64,000 bases of DNA, taken from an uncultured Candidatus Saccharibacteria bacterium. Its GTDB lineage: Bacteria > Patescibacteriota > Minisyncoccia > Phycocordibacterales > UBA9973. The notes under the pieces were generated by a model. It did not search any database. It saw only the letters and a list, made by a program, of their open reading frames with translations, and was not told where the DNA came from. Within the stretch, counting starts at the first letter, position 1, and each line of letters begins with the position of its first letter. The DNA is taken from NCBI GenBank assembly GCA_964384645.1, contig CAYLKL010000003.1, positions 9,101-73,100 of the forward strand, written 5' to 3'. Below, piece after piece: positions 28,316-37,597 of the stretch. The position numbers and the translations under genes were made by a program.

Positions 28316-28735
28316 TTATTTAGCAGCTTTAGGTCTCTTTGCTCCGTATAGTGATCGACTCTTTCGTCTTGCGTCTACTCCTGTAGTATCAAGTCTTCCT
28401 CGAACGATGTGGTATCGAACTCCAATCAAGTCCTTAACACGACCTCCTCTAAGTATTACCACAGAGTGTTCTTGTAGGTTGTGTCCCATACCTGGAATAT
28501 AAGCTGTTACTTCTTGTCCATTTGTTAGTCTTACTCTAGCGATTTTTCGAACAGCTGAGTTAGGTTTCTTTGGTGTAGTTGTTGTTACTTTAGTACATAC
28601 CCCTCTCTTGAATGGAGATGGATAAAAAACCGGTCGGTTCTTCAAAGTATTGAAGCCACGACTAAGAGCAACAGTTCGTGTTGCTTTTTTTGATTTAGTT
28701 CTTGGTTTTTTTACTAATTGACTTATTCTTGCCAT
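28316..28735 (-). CDS. rpsL: 30S ribosomal protein S12
   Basis: [29 protein letters not shown]; start at 28735. Confidence 0.98.
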   Translation of the reverse strand: MARISQLVKKPRTKSKKATRTVALSRGFNTLKNRPVFYPSPFKRGVCTKVTTTTPKKPNSAVRKIARVRLTNGQEVTAYIPGMGHNLQEHSVVILRGGRVKDLIGVRYHIVRGRLDTTGVDARRKSRSLYGAKRPKAAK

Positions 28736-28837
28736 AAAAACAAAATGCACCGATGTGCCGAAACACTTTAACAAATATGTAGATTTTATGCAAGAGGCTT
28801 TAATATCATCTTGGCGATCTAACTCATTTATTAGGGT

Positions 28838-31246
28838 TTAAACTACTGGCTCCTCTCCTGCATCAGGTGTGTCTGTTGGAGCGTCTCCCCCTTGATCAGA
28901 CCCATCATCTTGGGTATCTGGAGTCTGACCTCCATCACCCTCTGGTTGACCGCCATCATCAACAACGTCGCCACTATCTGTGCCTCCATTAGAATCCGAA
29001 TTAGTATCGACGTTACTTTGTTCTAAAATTTGCAAAAATTGATCTCGAGTGACACAAACATCTTCAACACAAAGTTCTTTGGTTGTTATTTTATCTGTAA
29101 TAATTTCTACAAAATTTACCACACCATTTATTGTCTTTTGAATTCCACTTTCTAAATATTCAACAACCGAAGATAAACTTAGACCACTATTTCCACCTCC
29201 AACATTCATTGAATCAACTTTTAGGTTCAAATCTTGGATAGATTTCACAATCAAAGGTGTAAGTTTTGAATAATCTACCATCCAATATTTATCCTCTTCT
29301 TCTGGAACCATAACAGCATCTGGGTACACTTCAAAAAGTTCCTGAGCAATCACACCGTGAGTTAATTTCTGACTAGGATCATTTTTCCAATTAAAATCTC
29401 GTATTTTTATGTCTAAAAGACTGTCCAAAGACAAATCTGTATCTTCAATGTTTTCCTTAAGCCTTTGGTCTGAAGTTGTATTGTAGGATGTTGCGTTTGA
29501 AGCAAAAGTAATTGAACCAATAGTTGGATTACCTAGTGGATGAAAATTTATAAGAGTAGTTGGAGTAACATCTGATGGATCATTTCCTGCCACAACTGTT
29601 ATACCGAGATTTCCTGCAACACCTGAGGTGTTTTCAAATTTCGCAACAGCAGTCACAGGAGCTCCTCCAACGCTTAAAATATTCCCATTATCTATACTTG
29701 TACCGATATTTACTTCGCCCATAACATTAGCAAGGTAAATCCGCCCAACAGATCCAGCGTTAGAACCTGTCCCGCCCGCACCAGGATTTACATATATATC
29801 ACCCCCGTCTCCAGCTGTGTCAGAGGCACCAGTGGAATTACCCCCATCGCCAGCCAAGATATTAACGTCTCCACCAAAACCACCCTGTGCAGCTATGAAA
29901 CCTTGTTCTTCTCCATTACCTCCATCTCCAGCAAATAAATTCAAATTACCGGCATAGCCACCATTTGCAGTATTACCTACCGCGGTTCCATTTCCACCGT
30001 CCCCAGTAGAAATTGTGACATCTTGTCCAGAAGTACCAGCGGTATCTGTGTTATCAGCTCCATTTCCAGCAGATGCAACGATTACACCATTAGAATCCAA
30101 ATAAATCTGCCCTTCTGCACTTGTAGAATTAATTGCTCTGAAAGCATATGTTCCAGCACCGTCACCTAAAACATCGAGCGTTGAATCTGGTGAACTTGTA
30201 CCGACTCCTAAAAAATTATTAGTACTATTGTAAAAAAGTTGTGGTTCACCTTTTGATAATTGTTTCTGTCCAGAATTAGAAGTCCAAAAAGCAACTTGTC
30301 CTTCGAGTTGTGTACCGACACCTCCTTGTGTCACATAAGTTGATGGAGTAATACTCGTGTAAGTAATATTACTAGTACCAAAAACTGGTGCGTCTGTTTC
30401 TTGAACCCATTGTTTACCTTTTATTGTCCAGTTTCCACCTTCTGTGGCAATCACTATTTGTGGCGACATTTCACTCGGCTCGTCTGCATCGGTTGTTCTT
30501 GTTAAAACATATGGTGAACCGCCACTACCTAAACTTGTCACGATATAAACACCATTTTGAGTTTGCGCAGATTGATTTTTAACCAAAAGCCTATCGCCCA
30601 CACCAAGACTAATCCCGTTTATATTAGGCAAGGCACCATTTGTCGATTTTGTTATTGTTGCTCCAACACCAGAGCTTCCATTATCATAAGTCACGCCAGA
30701 AAGAGCTGCCGCTGTCCCTGCTCTAACTATTGTTGGAGATACAACCAAGTCATCGAAGTTTGGTGTTGCTAACCATTGATTCCCTCTTATTGACTCAAAA
30801 ATAAATCCTTTTCTATTACTTGTTAGATAAACAGTTGTTGTTTCATTTATGTAATCTCCAGAATATGCGTCTACTGTGACAGTATTCGAAGCCGATGTTT
30901 TTAAAACAGTAATTTTCCTGCTTTCTGTTACCGAAGATATCTGAGGAAGCACAATATTTACATCACCGGCGGCTGTATCTGCATAAATAACCTGATCGGT
31001 AGATAAAATACTATAAGGACTATCTGAGTCGTCGACGGTTGTGAAATTAACAACAGCAGGAGCAACGGCAGTTGTACAGTTTGTATCACTCGGTCCACAA
31101 GTTGGATCGAGAGTTATACCCGGTAAATATTTTGTAGTTGGTGGAGCAGAAAAAACAGTCAGTGTAGTAGAAAATAAAATGAAAAACAAAAGTATACCTG
31201 CTACTTTTTTCCAAACACTATCTGTATTTATTAAAAACTTTATCAT
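28838..31246 (-). CDS. secreted tail-fibre-like surface protein with C-terminal intramolecular chaperone (Peptidase_S74-like) domain
   Basis: N-terminal signal/TM; GDRLLVKNQ..QNGVY..LTRTTDAD module; Gly-rich repeats; TSDQRLKENI..FNWK..GVIAQEL..VDYSKLTPLIVKSIQDL. Confidence 0.8.
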   Translation of the reverse strand: MIKFLINTDSVWKKVAGILLFFILFSTTLTVFSAPPTTKYLPGITLDPTCGPSDTNCTTAVAPAVVNFTTVDDSDSPYSILSTDQVIYADTAAGDVNIVLPQISSVTESRKITVLKTSASNTVTVDAYSGDYINETTTVYLTSNRKGFIFESIRGNQWLATPNFDDLVVSPTIVRAGTAAALSGVTYDNGSSGVGATITKSTNGALPNINGISLGVGDRLLVKNQSAQTQNGVYIVTSLGSGGSPYVLTRTTDADEPSEMSPQIVIATEGGNWTIKGKQWVQETDAPVFGTSNITYTSITPSTYVTQGGVGTQLEGQVAFWTSNSGQKQLSKGEPQLFYNSTNNFLGVGTSSPDSTLDVLGDGAGTYAFRAINSTSAEGQIYLDSNGVIVASAGNGADNTDTAGTSGQDVTISTGDGGNGTAVGNTANGGYAGNLNLFAGDGGNGEEQGFIAAQGGFGGDVNILAGDGGNSTGASDTAGDGGDIYVNPGAGGTGSNAGSVGRIYLANVMGEVNIGTSIDNGNILSVGGAPVTAVAKFENTSGVAGNLGITVVAGNDPSDVTPTTLINFHPLGNPTIGSITFASNATSYNTTSDQRLKENIEDTDLSLDSLLDIKIRDFNWKNDPSQKLTHGVIAQELFEVYPDAVMVPEEEDKYWMVDYSKLTPLIVKSIQDLNLKVDSMNVGGGNSGLSLSSVVEYLESGIQKTINGVVNFVEIITDKITTKELCVEDVCVTRDQFLQILEQSNVDTNSDSNGGTDSGDVVDDGGQPEGDGGQTPDTQDDGSDQGGDAPTDTPDAGEEPVV

Positions 31247-33345
31247 TATAAATTTATTTTGAACACTTCGTTTATGTAACCCTTGTTTGCATTTATAACG
31301 CCTGATTTGAATACTGTTTTATAAGATTCATCTGCCAATTTTTGGTCTATTTCAACATAATAATTTCCTTGTGGCATCAAACAATAATATTGTCCGTATT
31401 TATTTGCCACTTTTTTAGAAATCAAAGTCTGTGTATCAGAATTGTATACTTTTATTATAGCAAATGAGATAGGATTCCCTTCCACATCCAAAATTTTTCC
31501 AAAATTTTTCGTTTTTATACCTGTTTCTCTTAAAAATAGAAGAATTAGGTACAAGCAAAAGACTAAAATATTGTAAGTTGAAAAAGAGGAAAGAATTGCT
31601 AGACATGAAACTGTAAATCCAAAAGAAAAGAAAGAGTCAGAAAGCTTTGTCAAAAAAACATCTCTTTTTGAATAATACTTCATCAGTTTTTGATCTCGCT
31701 TTGCAAATTCATTCCAATCAAAACCAATTGGATCCATTGGGATATTCTTGATAATCACGTCACCTGCTCTACTTACCTCAAAAACATCTCCGAAATACAA
31801 ATCCAAATATATTTCATCACGAGTTTTTCCCACCAATTTAAGTGACGGGAAAGAATAGTGAGTCTTTTTGGGTAACAGTCTATATTTTCCAGGCTCAACT
31901 AAAAATCCATAACGCCCATCCATATCAGTTATTGAGGATTGAATTTCTTTTCCTTCCAAATCTTGAAGAGAAACCATAACAGGATCTAGTGGTTGTTTTG
32001 TAACTGCATCATAAACAGTCCCCCAAGGTCTTGCTCTTTTTTTAATTCCAAAAGCACTCATAAGGGCTGACCACAATCTATACGGCAACATCCAAATTTC
32101 AGTAAAAGAAAGTGGTGTACCGAAAAGTTTTGGAAGAACAGAGAAAATTGCACCGAACAAAATTCCAACAATTCCAATCATTTTAATTATAGGATTGCCA
32201 TAATCACTCGTGATTATTTCTTTCATTTCATCAAAAGCAGCCAAAAAAGTATCTATAGTGTAATCATAGGTATCGATTATTATGCACCAAATGACACCCA
32301 ATATACTTGTTTCGTATTCGCACCCTGTCAGTGGGTCGAAAACATCGTCATCGCTTGGATCTTCTTCGTCATCATCAGTGGGAGGGTTATCATCGTCGTC
32401 AATTGGGTCCAAATCATCTCCCGGGTCTTCTTCATCTACTGGAACATCCTCGTCTGTTGGATCTTCCTCTTCATCAACAGGATCATCATCGCCAGGAGAA
32501 GAACACAAAGAATTTTGTGGATTTAGTGTACAAAAATCACCACCGAAATTTAAAATTATAATCCCAGTATAAACGTCTCCTCTAGAATTATCTATTGCTC
32601 GATATTTAAGTTCATAGTCACCTAAACTAGGCGGTGTCCAAGGAATAGAAATAGAATTGGAATTATTTACCAAAGCAACTAGTACGTCATCTATATAAAT
32701 AAAAATCTTTAAAATTGAACCGTCCGGGTCAGTAGCGTTTGCCGAAAGAGTAACATTTTGTAAAGTTGCATAGTTGTTGACTGTGTTGGTCGGATTTAGA
32801 ACAGTAATAATTGGTAAAATATTGTCATTTCCACCCCCACCACCTCCGCCAGTAACAACTGTGTTTCTCCAACTTGTATTTACACAGGCATCAACAACAC
32901 CACAATCAAATTGTATCCAGCCATAATTTTGACTCCAAGCATAACCATCAAAATTTCCATTGCTATCTATGGTTACAGTTTGAGCAGATGAATTATCAAA
33001 CGGTCCGAAATTTACCCAGCCAGCGTTCTCTCCCCAGGCAAAACCAGAAAGAACACCGCTTGTGGTATTGCTCACCTTAAAATCACTACCTCCACAAGAA
33101 CTATTATTTGAACAATTTAAACTAATCCAACCAATATTTTCTCCCCAAATATAACCCGTGAGTTCGCTTGATGTTACCGTGACGTTTTTATCTGAGTTGG
33201 TCGTAAAATAACCAAAATTTATAATACTACTATCGCTCTCTAATTTTGCTTTGTAATTTACAGAGTCGATGTTTCCAACGGCAAAAATAAAACTAGAAGG
33301 AAATAAAAATAGTGTTAAAAATAAAATTTTTTTTAGAAATTTCAT
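31246..33345 (-). CDS. CPR-type surface/membrane protein (G-x-x-W-x-x-N-x-GW repeats, Ig-like domain, acidic linker, TM segments, carboxypeptidase-regulatory-like domains)
   Basis: GYIWGENIGW/GFAWGENAGW/GYAWSQNYGW repeats; ANATDPDGSI; WGTVYDAVTKQPLDP..TDMDGRYGFLV. Confidence 0.75.
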   Translation of the reverse strand: MKFLKKILFLTLFLFPSSFIFAVGNIDSVNYKAKLESDSSIINFGYFTTNSDKNVTVTSSELTGYIWGENIGWISLNCSNNSSCGGSDFKVSNTTSGVLSGFAWGENAGWVNFGPFDNSSAQTVTIDSNGNFDGYAWSQNYGWIQFDCGVVDACVNTSWRNTVVTGGGGGGGNDNILPIITVLNPTNTVNNYATLQNVTLSANATDPDGSILKIFIYIDDVLVALVNNSNSISIPWTPPSLGDYELKYRAIDNSRGDVYTGIIILNFGGDFCTLNPQNSLCSSPGDDDPVDEEEDPTDEDVPVDEEDPGDDLDPIDDDDNPPTDDDEEDPSDDDVFDPLTGCEYETSILGVIWCIIIDTYDYTIDTFLAAFDEMKEIITSDYGNPIIKMIGIVGILFGAIFSVLPKLFGTPLSFTEIWMLPYRLWSALMSAFGIKKRARPWGTVYDAVTKQPLDPVMVSLQDLEGKEIQSSITDMDGRYGFLVEPGKYRLLPKKTHYSFPSLKLVGKTRDEIYLDLYFGDVFEVSRAGDVIIKNIPMDPIGFDWNEFAKRDQKLMKYYSKRDVFLTKLSDSFFSFGFTVSCLAILSSFSTYNILVFCLYLILLFLRETGIKTKNFGKILDVEGNPISFAIIKVYNSDTQTLISKKVANKYGQYYCLMPQGNYYVEIDQKLADESYKTVFKSGVINANKGYINEVFKINL

Positions 33346-33965
33346 AAATTAAAACTTATGCCTGTCATTAAATTAAAAATCCAAAAAACTATAGGTGAAA
33401 TAACTGGCCAAATAAAGAAGACAACTATTATAAAAAGTGGCAATGTATAAGCGCTCGCAAGCTTTTCAAAACGACTAAATCTATCTGGTAACAATGAAAA
33501 AAGAATTCCTGATCCATCAAGCGGTGGAACTGGCACGGCATTAAATACTGCAAGTAAAATATTTAAAAATACAATTAAAGCTGATATTTCTATAATTGAC
33601 GATGGAAGAGCTATAAAAGCTGAAGACCTAATAACCATAGAAAAGAAAAACGCGATTAGAAGATTTACAACAATACCTGCTATTGAAACAAAGAACAGTG
33701 CTTTTTTTCTAATCTCTGGGGCGAAATTGGCAGAATTTACTGGAACAGGCTTTGCCCAACCAAACAAAAAGCCGGCATTTGTGACTACTAAAATTATAGG
33801 TAATAATATTGATCCAAAAAGATCTAAGTGTGGAATAGGATTTATTGTCAGCCGACCCGCCATTTTGGCAGTTTGATCACCAAATTTGAAAGCGACATAG
33901 CCGTGAGCGACTTCGTGCGCCACAACTGAAATAATAAGGATTAAAATGTAAAAAATAGAATCCAT
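33342..33965 (-). CDS. site-2 protease family (M50) zinc metalloprotease
   Basis: HEVAHG, GRLTINPIPHLD, GWAKPVP, FNAVPVPPLDGS. Confidence 0.92.
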   Translation of the reverse strand: MDSIFYILILIISVVAHEVAHGYVAFKFGDQTAKMAGRLTINPIPHLDLFGSILLPIILVVTNAGFLFGWAKPVPVNSANFAPEIRKKALFFVSIAGIVVNLLIAFFFSMVIRSSAFIALPSSIIEISALIVFLNILLAVFNAVPVPPLDGSGILFSLLPDRFSRFEKLASAYTLPLFIIVVFFIWPVISPIVFWIFNLMTGISFNL

Positions 33966-34011
33966 ACTTGTCTAATTAATACCCTTATGATAGCATACCC
34001 AAACAACACAT

Positions 34012-34254
34012 ATGGCAAAAAAATGCGCAATAACTAATAAAAGTTCACTAATGGCAAGCGGATATTCAAACCGCGTGCGTGCTACTAAGTTCAATCCGAC
34101 TGTTAAGACTCGAAGATATGCAAACTTACAAACAAAAACAATCTTTGTTCCTGAAATAAACAAGAAAATAAAGATAACTGTTTCAACTAGAGGCCTAAAA
34201 ACAATCGCAAAACTAGGAGCCTTCCAAGCACTAAAACAAGCAAACTTAATTTAA
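34012..34254 (+). CDS. rpmB: 50S ribosomal protein L28
   Basis: MAKKCAITNK..RRYANLQ..KITVSTRGLKTI. Confidence 0.9.
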   Translation: MAKKCAITNKSSLMASGYSNRVRATKFNPTVKTRRYANLQTKTIFVPEINKKIKITVSTRGLKTIAKLGAFQALKQANLI

Positions 34255-34279
34255 AAATCCCGTCCAAGACGGGATTTTT
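34253..34279. terminator. bidirectional terminator
   Basis: ATCCCGTC/GACGGGAT stem with A and T runs. Confidence 0.75.
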
Positions 34280-34310
34280 AAATAAGATTCTATTTTCTAT
34301 ATTCTAATAT

Positions 34311-35168
34311 CTAATTATCTAAATAAATTTTTTCCCCGTCGCTTATAAAAGTGATTATTCCAAAATCATAAGTCGCCAGACTTTTAATATTTAAAGCCTC
34401 AACCCTATCCATAACGTCTTTGTGCGGATGTCCGTATGTATTATTAAGTCCGGCTGAAATAATAACGACTTCGGGATCGACTGCTTTCAAAAATTCCATC
34501 GAAGAAGAAGTTTTTGAACCATGATGTCCTAATTTCAAAACATCCGATTCTATATTTTTAAAATTTTTTATTATTCTTTCTTCGTCTTCAATATAAGCAT
34601 CCCCCGTTAGCATGAATTCTGAATTTCCATACACCAACCGTCCGCAAATAGAAGCATCATTTGCTTCAACAAAAGAGACATCTGAATCGGGTGATAAAAT
34701 TTCAAAGCGCACATTTTTATCTTTGTCTAAATAAATATTTGTCCCCGCTCTAGCTAAAAAAGTTTTTATTCCTTTATTTTGAGCAATCTTTAAAATTTGA
34801 TTATAATTAGTGTTGTCGGCAATATTTCCAGAAATAAATAAAGAGCCAATATCATATTCTTGAATAATAGAAACCAAGCCACCAGAATGATCTTCGTCTG
34901 GATGTGTGACAACCAACACATCAATTCTATTATCAAAGCTATCCATCACCGAGTCTAATTTCTGTAACAATAAATCCCCTGACCTACCCCCGTCTATCAA
35001 CATATCAGTCTTCCCAAATGCCTTTATATAAATAGCGTCACCTTGACCAATATCTAAAAAAGAAACCTGTAGAGGGTATTCTTTTTTAAATTCCCTAATA
35101 GAAAGAAACCCTAAAATTACCAAAAGTAGAAATATTACAAAAATCTTGTTTTTCTTAATTCTTTCCAT
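34311..35168 (-). CDS. ComEC-type metallo-beta-lactamase domain protein (stand-alone C-terminal half)
   Basis: FLDIGQGDA, LIDGG, THPDEDHSGG, NDAS, LTGDA, LKLGHHGSKTSS, YGHPH. Confidence 0.9.
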   Translation of the reverse strand: MERIKKNKIFVIFLLLVILGFLSIREFKKEYPLQVSFLDIGQGDAIYIKAFGKTDMLIDGGRSGDLLLQKLDSVMDSFDNRIDVLVVTHPDEDHSGGLVSIIQEYDIGSLFISGNIADNTNYNQILKIAQNKGIKTFLARAGTNIYLDKDKNVRFEILSPDSDVSFVEANDASICGRLVYGNSEFMLTGDAYIEDEERIIKNFKNIESDVLKLGHHGSKTSSSMEFLKAVDPEVVIISAGLNNTYGHPHKDVMDRVEALNIKSLATYDFGIITFISDGEKIYLDN

Positions 35169-35187
35169 GAGTTATACTTCTTATGTT

Positions 35188-35775
35188 ATGACACAATTTA
35201 ACCCAAAACAATTTAATATCCCTACTCTTATCGGTATAAGCGCTAAAAATATAGAAGAGCACACGAAACTCTATTTAGGCTATGTAAAACACGCTAATTT
35301 AATTCAAGAACATATAGAAGAATTGTCTAAAGATTCTGAAAAATATGCTTACGAACTTGGCGAAATAAATCGTCGATTTTCTTTTGAATTTAATGGAATG
35401 AGAAACCACGAAGTCTATTTTTCTCTTTTTGAAGATGGAGCAAAAGAATTAAACACAGATAGTTTGCTTTCAAAAGAAATCGAGAAAACTTTCGGAAGTT
35501 TTGATAATTTAATAAACAAATTTAAAGCTATTGCCATGACTCGCGGAATTGGCTGGGCAATGTTATCTTTGGATCTTGAAAACAAATCTTTAATCCTTCA
35601 TTGGCTAGATGAACAACATCTAGGTCAACTCCAAAATACAAAACCAATCGTCGCTCTTGATATGTGGGAACATTCATTTGTTTCTGATTATCAACCAAGT
35701 GGTAAAAAACAGTACGTTGAAGATTTCTTCAAAAATATAAACTGGACTGTCTCTGAAAAAAGATTCGAAGAATAA
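35188..35775 (+). CDS. Fe/Mn superoxide dismutase family protein
   Basis: EHTKLYLGYV, NHEVYF, RGIGWA, LDMWEHSF..Y..KQYVEDFFKNINW. Confidence 0.88.
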   Translation: MTQFNPKQFNIPTLIGISAKNIEEHTKLYLGYVKHANLIQEHIEELSKDSEKYAYELGEINRRFSFEFNGMRNHEVYFSLFEDGAKELNTDSLLSKEIEKTFGSFDNLINKFKAIAMTRGIGWAMLSLDLENKSLILHWLDEQHLGQLQNTKPIVALDMWEHSFVSDYQPSGKKQYVEDFFKNINWTVSEKRFEE

Positions 35776-35806
35776 AAAAAGCCTCTCATAAAAATGAGAG
35801 GCTTTT
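35774..35806. terminator. bidirectional terminator
   Basis: GCCTCTCAT/ATGAGAGGC stem. Confidence 0.8.
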
Positions 35807-35822
35807 GCAATTTAAACGCAGT

Positions 35823-37526
35823 TTATTCTTTTATAAATCGCTTGGTCTTGTGACCAACAACTACAAAATAAAAACCAGGTTTAATTTTTGAAACATCAAT
35901 CACCTCTTCGATAGCACCGGCAGATTGTTCGATAACAACTTTACCTAATGGATCGATAACAGTAATGGTATCTCCTACTTTGATCTTTTCGATAACCAAA
36001 TGGTCGGTTGTCGGATTTGGGTAGATTTTTATATCACCCATATCATCCTGAAACGCTTCTGTACGGACTTCGGCATTATCAGTAACTTCTTCCTGTTTTT
36101 CATCCGCAGAAAGACGACAGCTTGCTCCAAGAGTAACATTGACCACAGTGGAAGTTCTAAGAACTCCATACTTGTTAGTAACGATAACCTTGTATTTACC
36201 GACAGTAGTAACAATTAAACTATTCCCGGTTGCTCCGGCAATAACGTTCCCATACTTCTTCCAAACATAAGTAGCGTTTGAATCATATGGAACAGAAAGA
36301 GTGACATCTTGTCCGGGACAGATAGTTGTACTACCAAGTATTGATACTGCAGCACTTGGCGCAGGATATGTGACACGAGTTAAAATCATGTCGTAAGTTG
36401 AACTCGGCATATATGCTCGTGAACGCATACCTACAAACACCCAACCTATACCTGCATTCCTTTGAGCAAGACCTGTAAAGACATAAGCTCCCGTACTATT
36501 AGTTGTTTCTTTCCTGACCCAAATTCTATTAAAATTTGGGGAGTACTCAGCACCATAAGCACCGGTTGTTGTATTGAAATTTCCAAACATTCCCGCAACA
36601 ACAAAACCAGCATAAGAGTCTTCCATCTGAACTATCGATCCAGCTTCTGTTGTCTGAAATATTCCTGATACATTACCAAGCAAATCAACACTGACAAAAG
36701 AAATAAGGCTAGTCGCAGCATCTTCTTTGAGTCCGACAAAAAGAGAATTTTCTCTTTCGCCAAAACACATTTCAGTTGCAGTGTAACCCAGTGGCAAAGC
36801 AGATGACCAAAGTGTACCCCCGGAAGCATCCAAACAATAAACCGTTTGAATAACATTCCAAGAAGGATCATATCCTCTTACAAGAACAAAAGAATTTCCA
36901 GCGATCGTTGGAGCAACCGAAGTTGCAGCAAAACCATTAAAAAATCTTGTCCAAGTAGGAACACCTAATAAATCAAGCTTTGTAACGAAAGCGTTTTGAC
37001 CCTGAGCAGGTATTCTGTCTGAGCTAAAACAAGATCCGGATAAAAATAAATTATTACCCAAAATCCTCAAGCTTATAGGATTATCGTGACCACTACCGGA
37101 GACATTTGTAAGAATCGTAGACCATAAAACATTTGCAGATGCATCTTTTTTATACAAAGAGATGTCTCCGTTATTTTGGTCTTTCGAATAAACAAAAAAT
37201 ACACCAGATTGATCAGAGACCGTCGCCATATCAGACGATACCGCAGACTGTGACACAAACGATGAATCAAACCCACGAATTGCACCGTTATTGTAAGTAG
37301 TACTCGAGACAACACCAATACTTCCAGTTCCTTTCGGAACTCTGAGCCCACCAACGTATGAGTTTGCACCCATTGTTGATATGACTGGATTAATGGTCGA
37401 TTCGGATGTATCTACTACAGCTTTTTTGAATGTAACGGCTGGAGATTGAGCATTTACTATTTCGGGGCAATATATACCCTGGATAAGTATAATCAATAAG
37501 ATCATAAGATATTTGATTGTTTTCAT
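35823..37526 (-). CDS. secreted beta-propeller/Ig protein with T9SS type A C-terminal sorting domain
   Basis: Sec signal ending VNA|Q; W-x-x repeats; Ig-like WKKYG..IAGAT..GKYKVIVTN; C-terminal IKIYPNPTTD..DPLGKVV..IDVSKIKPGFYFV..KRFIKE. Confidence 0.85.
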   Translation of the reverse strand: MKTIKYLMILLIILIQGIYCPEIVNAQSPAVTFKKAVVDTSESTINPVISTMGANSYVGGLRVPKGTGSIGVVSSTTYNNGAIRGFDSSFVSQSAVSSDMATVSDQSGVFFVYSKDQNNGDISLYKKDASANVLWSTILTNVSGSGHDNPISLRILGNNLFLSGSCFSSDRIPAQGQNAFVTKLDLLGVPTWTRFFNGFAATSVAPTIAGNSFVLVRGYDPSWNVIQTVYCLDASGGTLWSSALPLGYTATEMCFGERENSLFVGLKEDAATSLISFVSVDLLGNVSGIFQTTEAGSIVQMEDSYAGFVVAGMFGNFNTTTGAYGAEYSPNFNRIWVRKETTNSTGAYVFTGLAQRNAGIGWVFVGMRSRAYMPSSTYDMILTRVTYPAPSAAVSILGSTTICPGQDVTLSVPYDSNATYVWKKYGNVIAGATGNSLIVTTVGKYKVIVTNKYGVLRTSTVVNVTLGASCRLSADEKQEEVTDNAEVRTEAFQDDMGDIKIYPNPTTDHLVIEKIKVGDTITVIDPLGKVVIEQSAGAIEEVIDVSKIKPGFYFVVVGHKTKRFIKE

Positions 37527-37567
37527 AGAACAAGTTTTTAGAGTTTGACTGAATTTTTGTTTACTTA

Positions 37568-37597
37568 ACTATATCACACAAATACCTATTTTGTCAA
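37568..37597 (-). promoter_or_regulatory. sigma70-type promoter of the T9SS-CTD gene
   Basis: TTGACA-18-TATAGT with TG extension; leader ends TAAAAAC-7nt-ATG. Confidence 0.6.

Noticed and set aside
28838-31246. Prophage
   Set aside because: Only a fibre-like gene with a signal peptide; no integrase, capsid, terminase or att sites seen
35823-37526. Bacteroidota contamination or chimeric contig
   Set aside because: The gene shares a bidirectional terminator with sod, its -35 overlaps the comEC 3' end, and its leader motif recurs throughout the window. Not fully excluded without read mapping.
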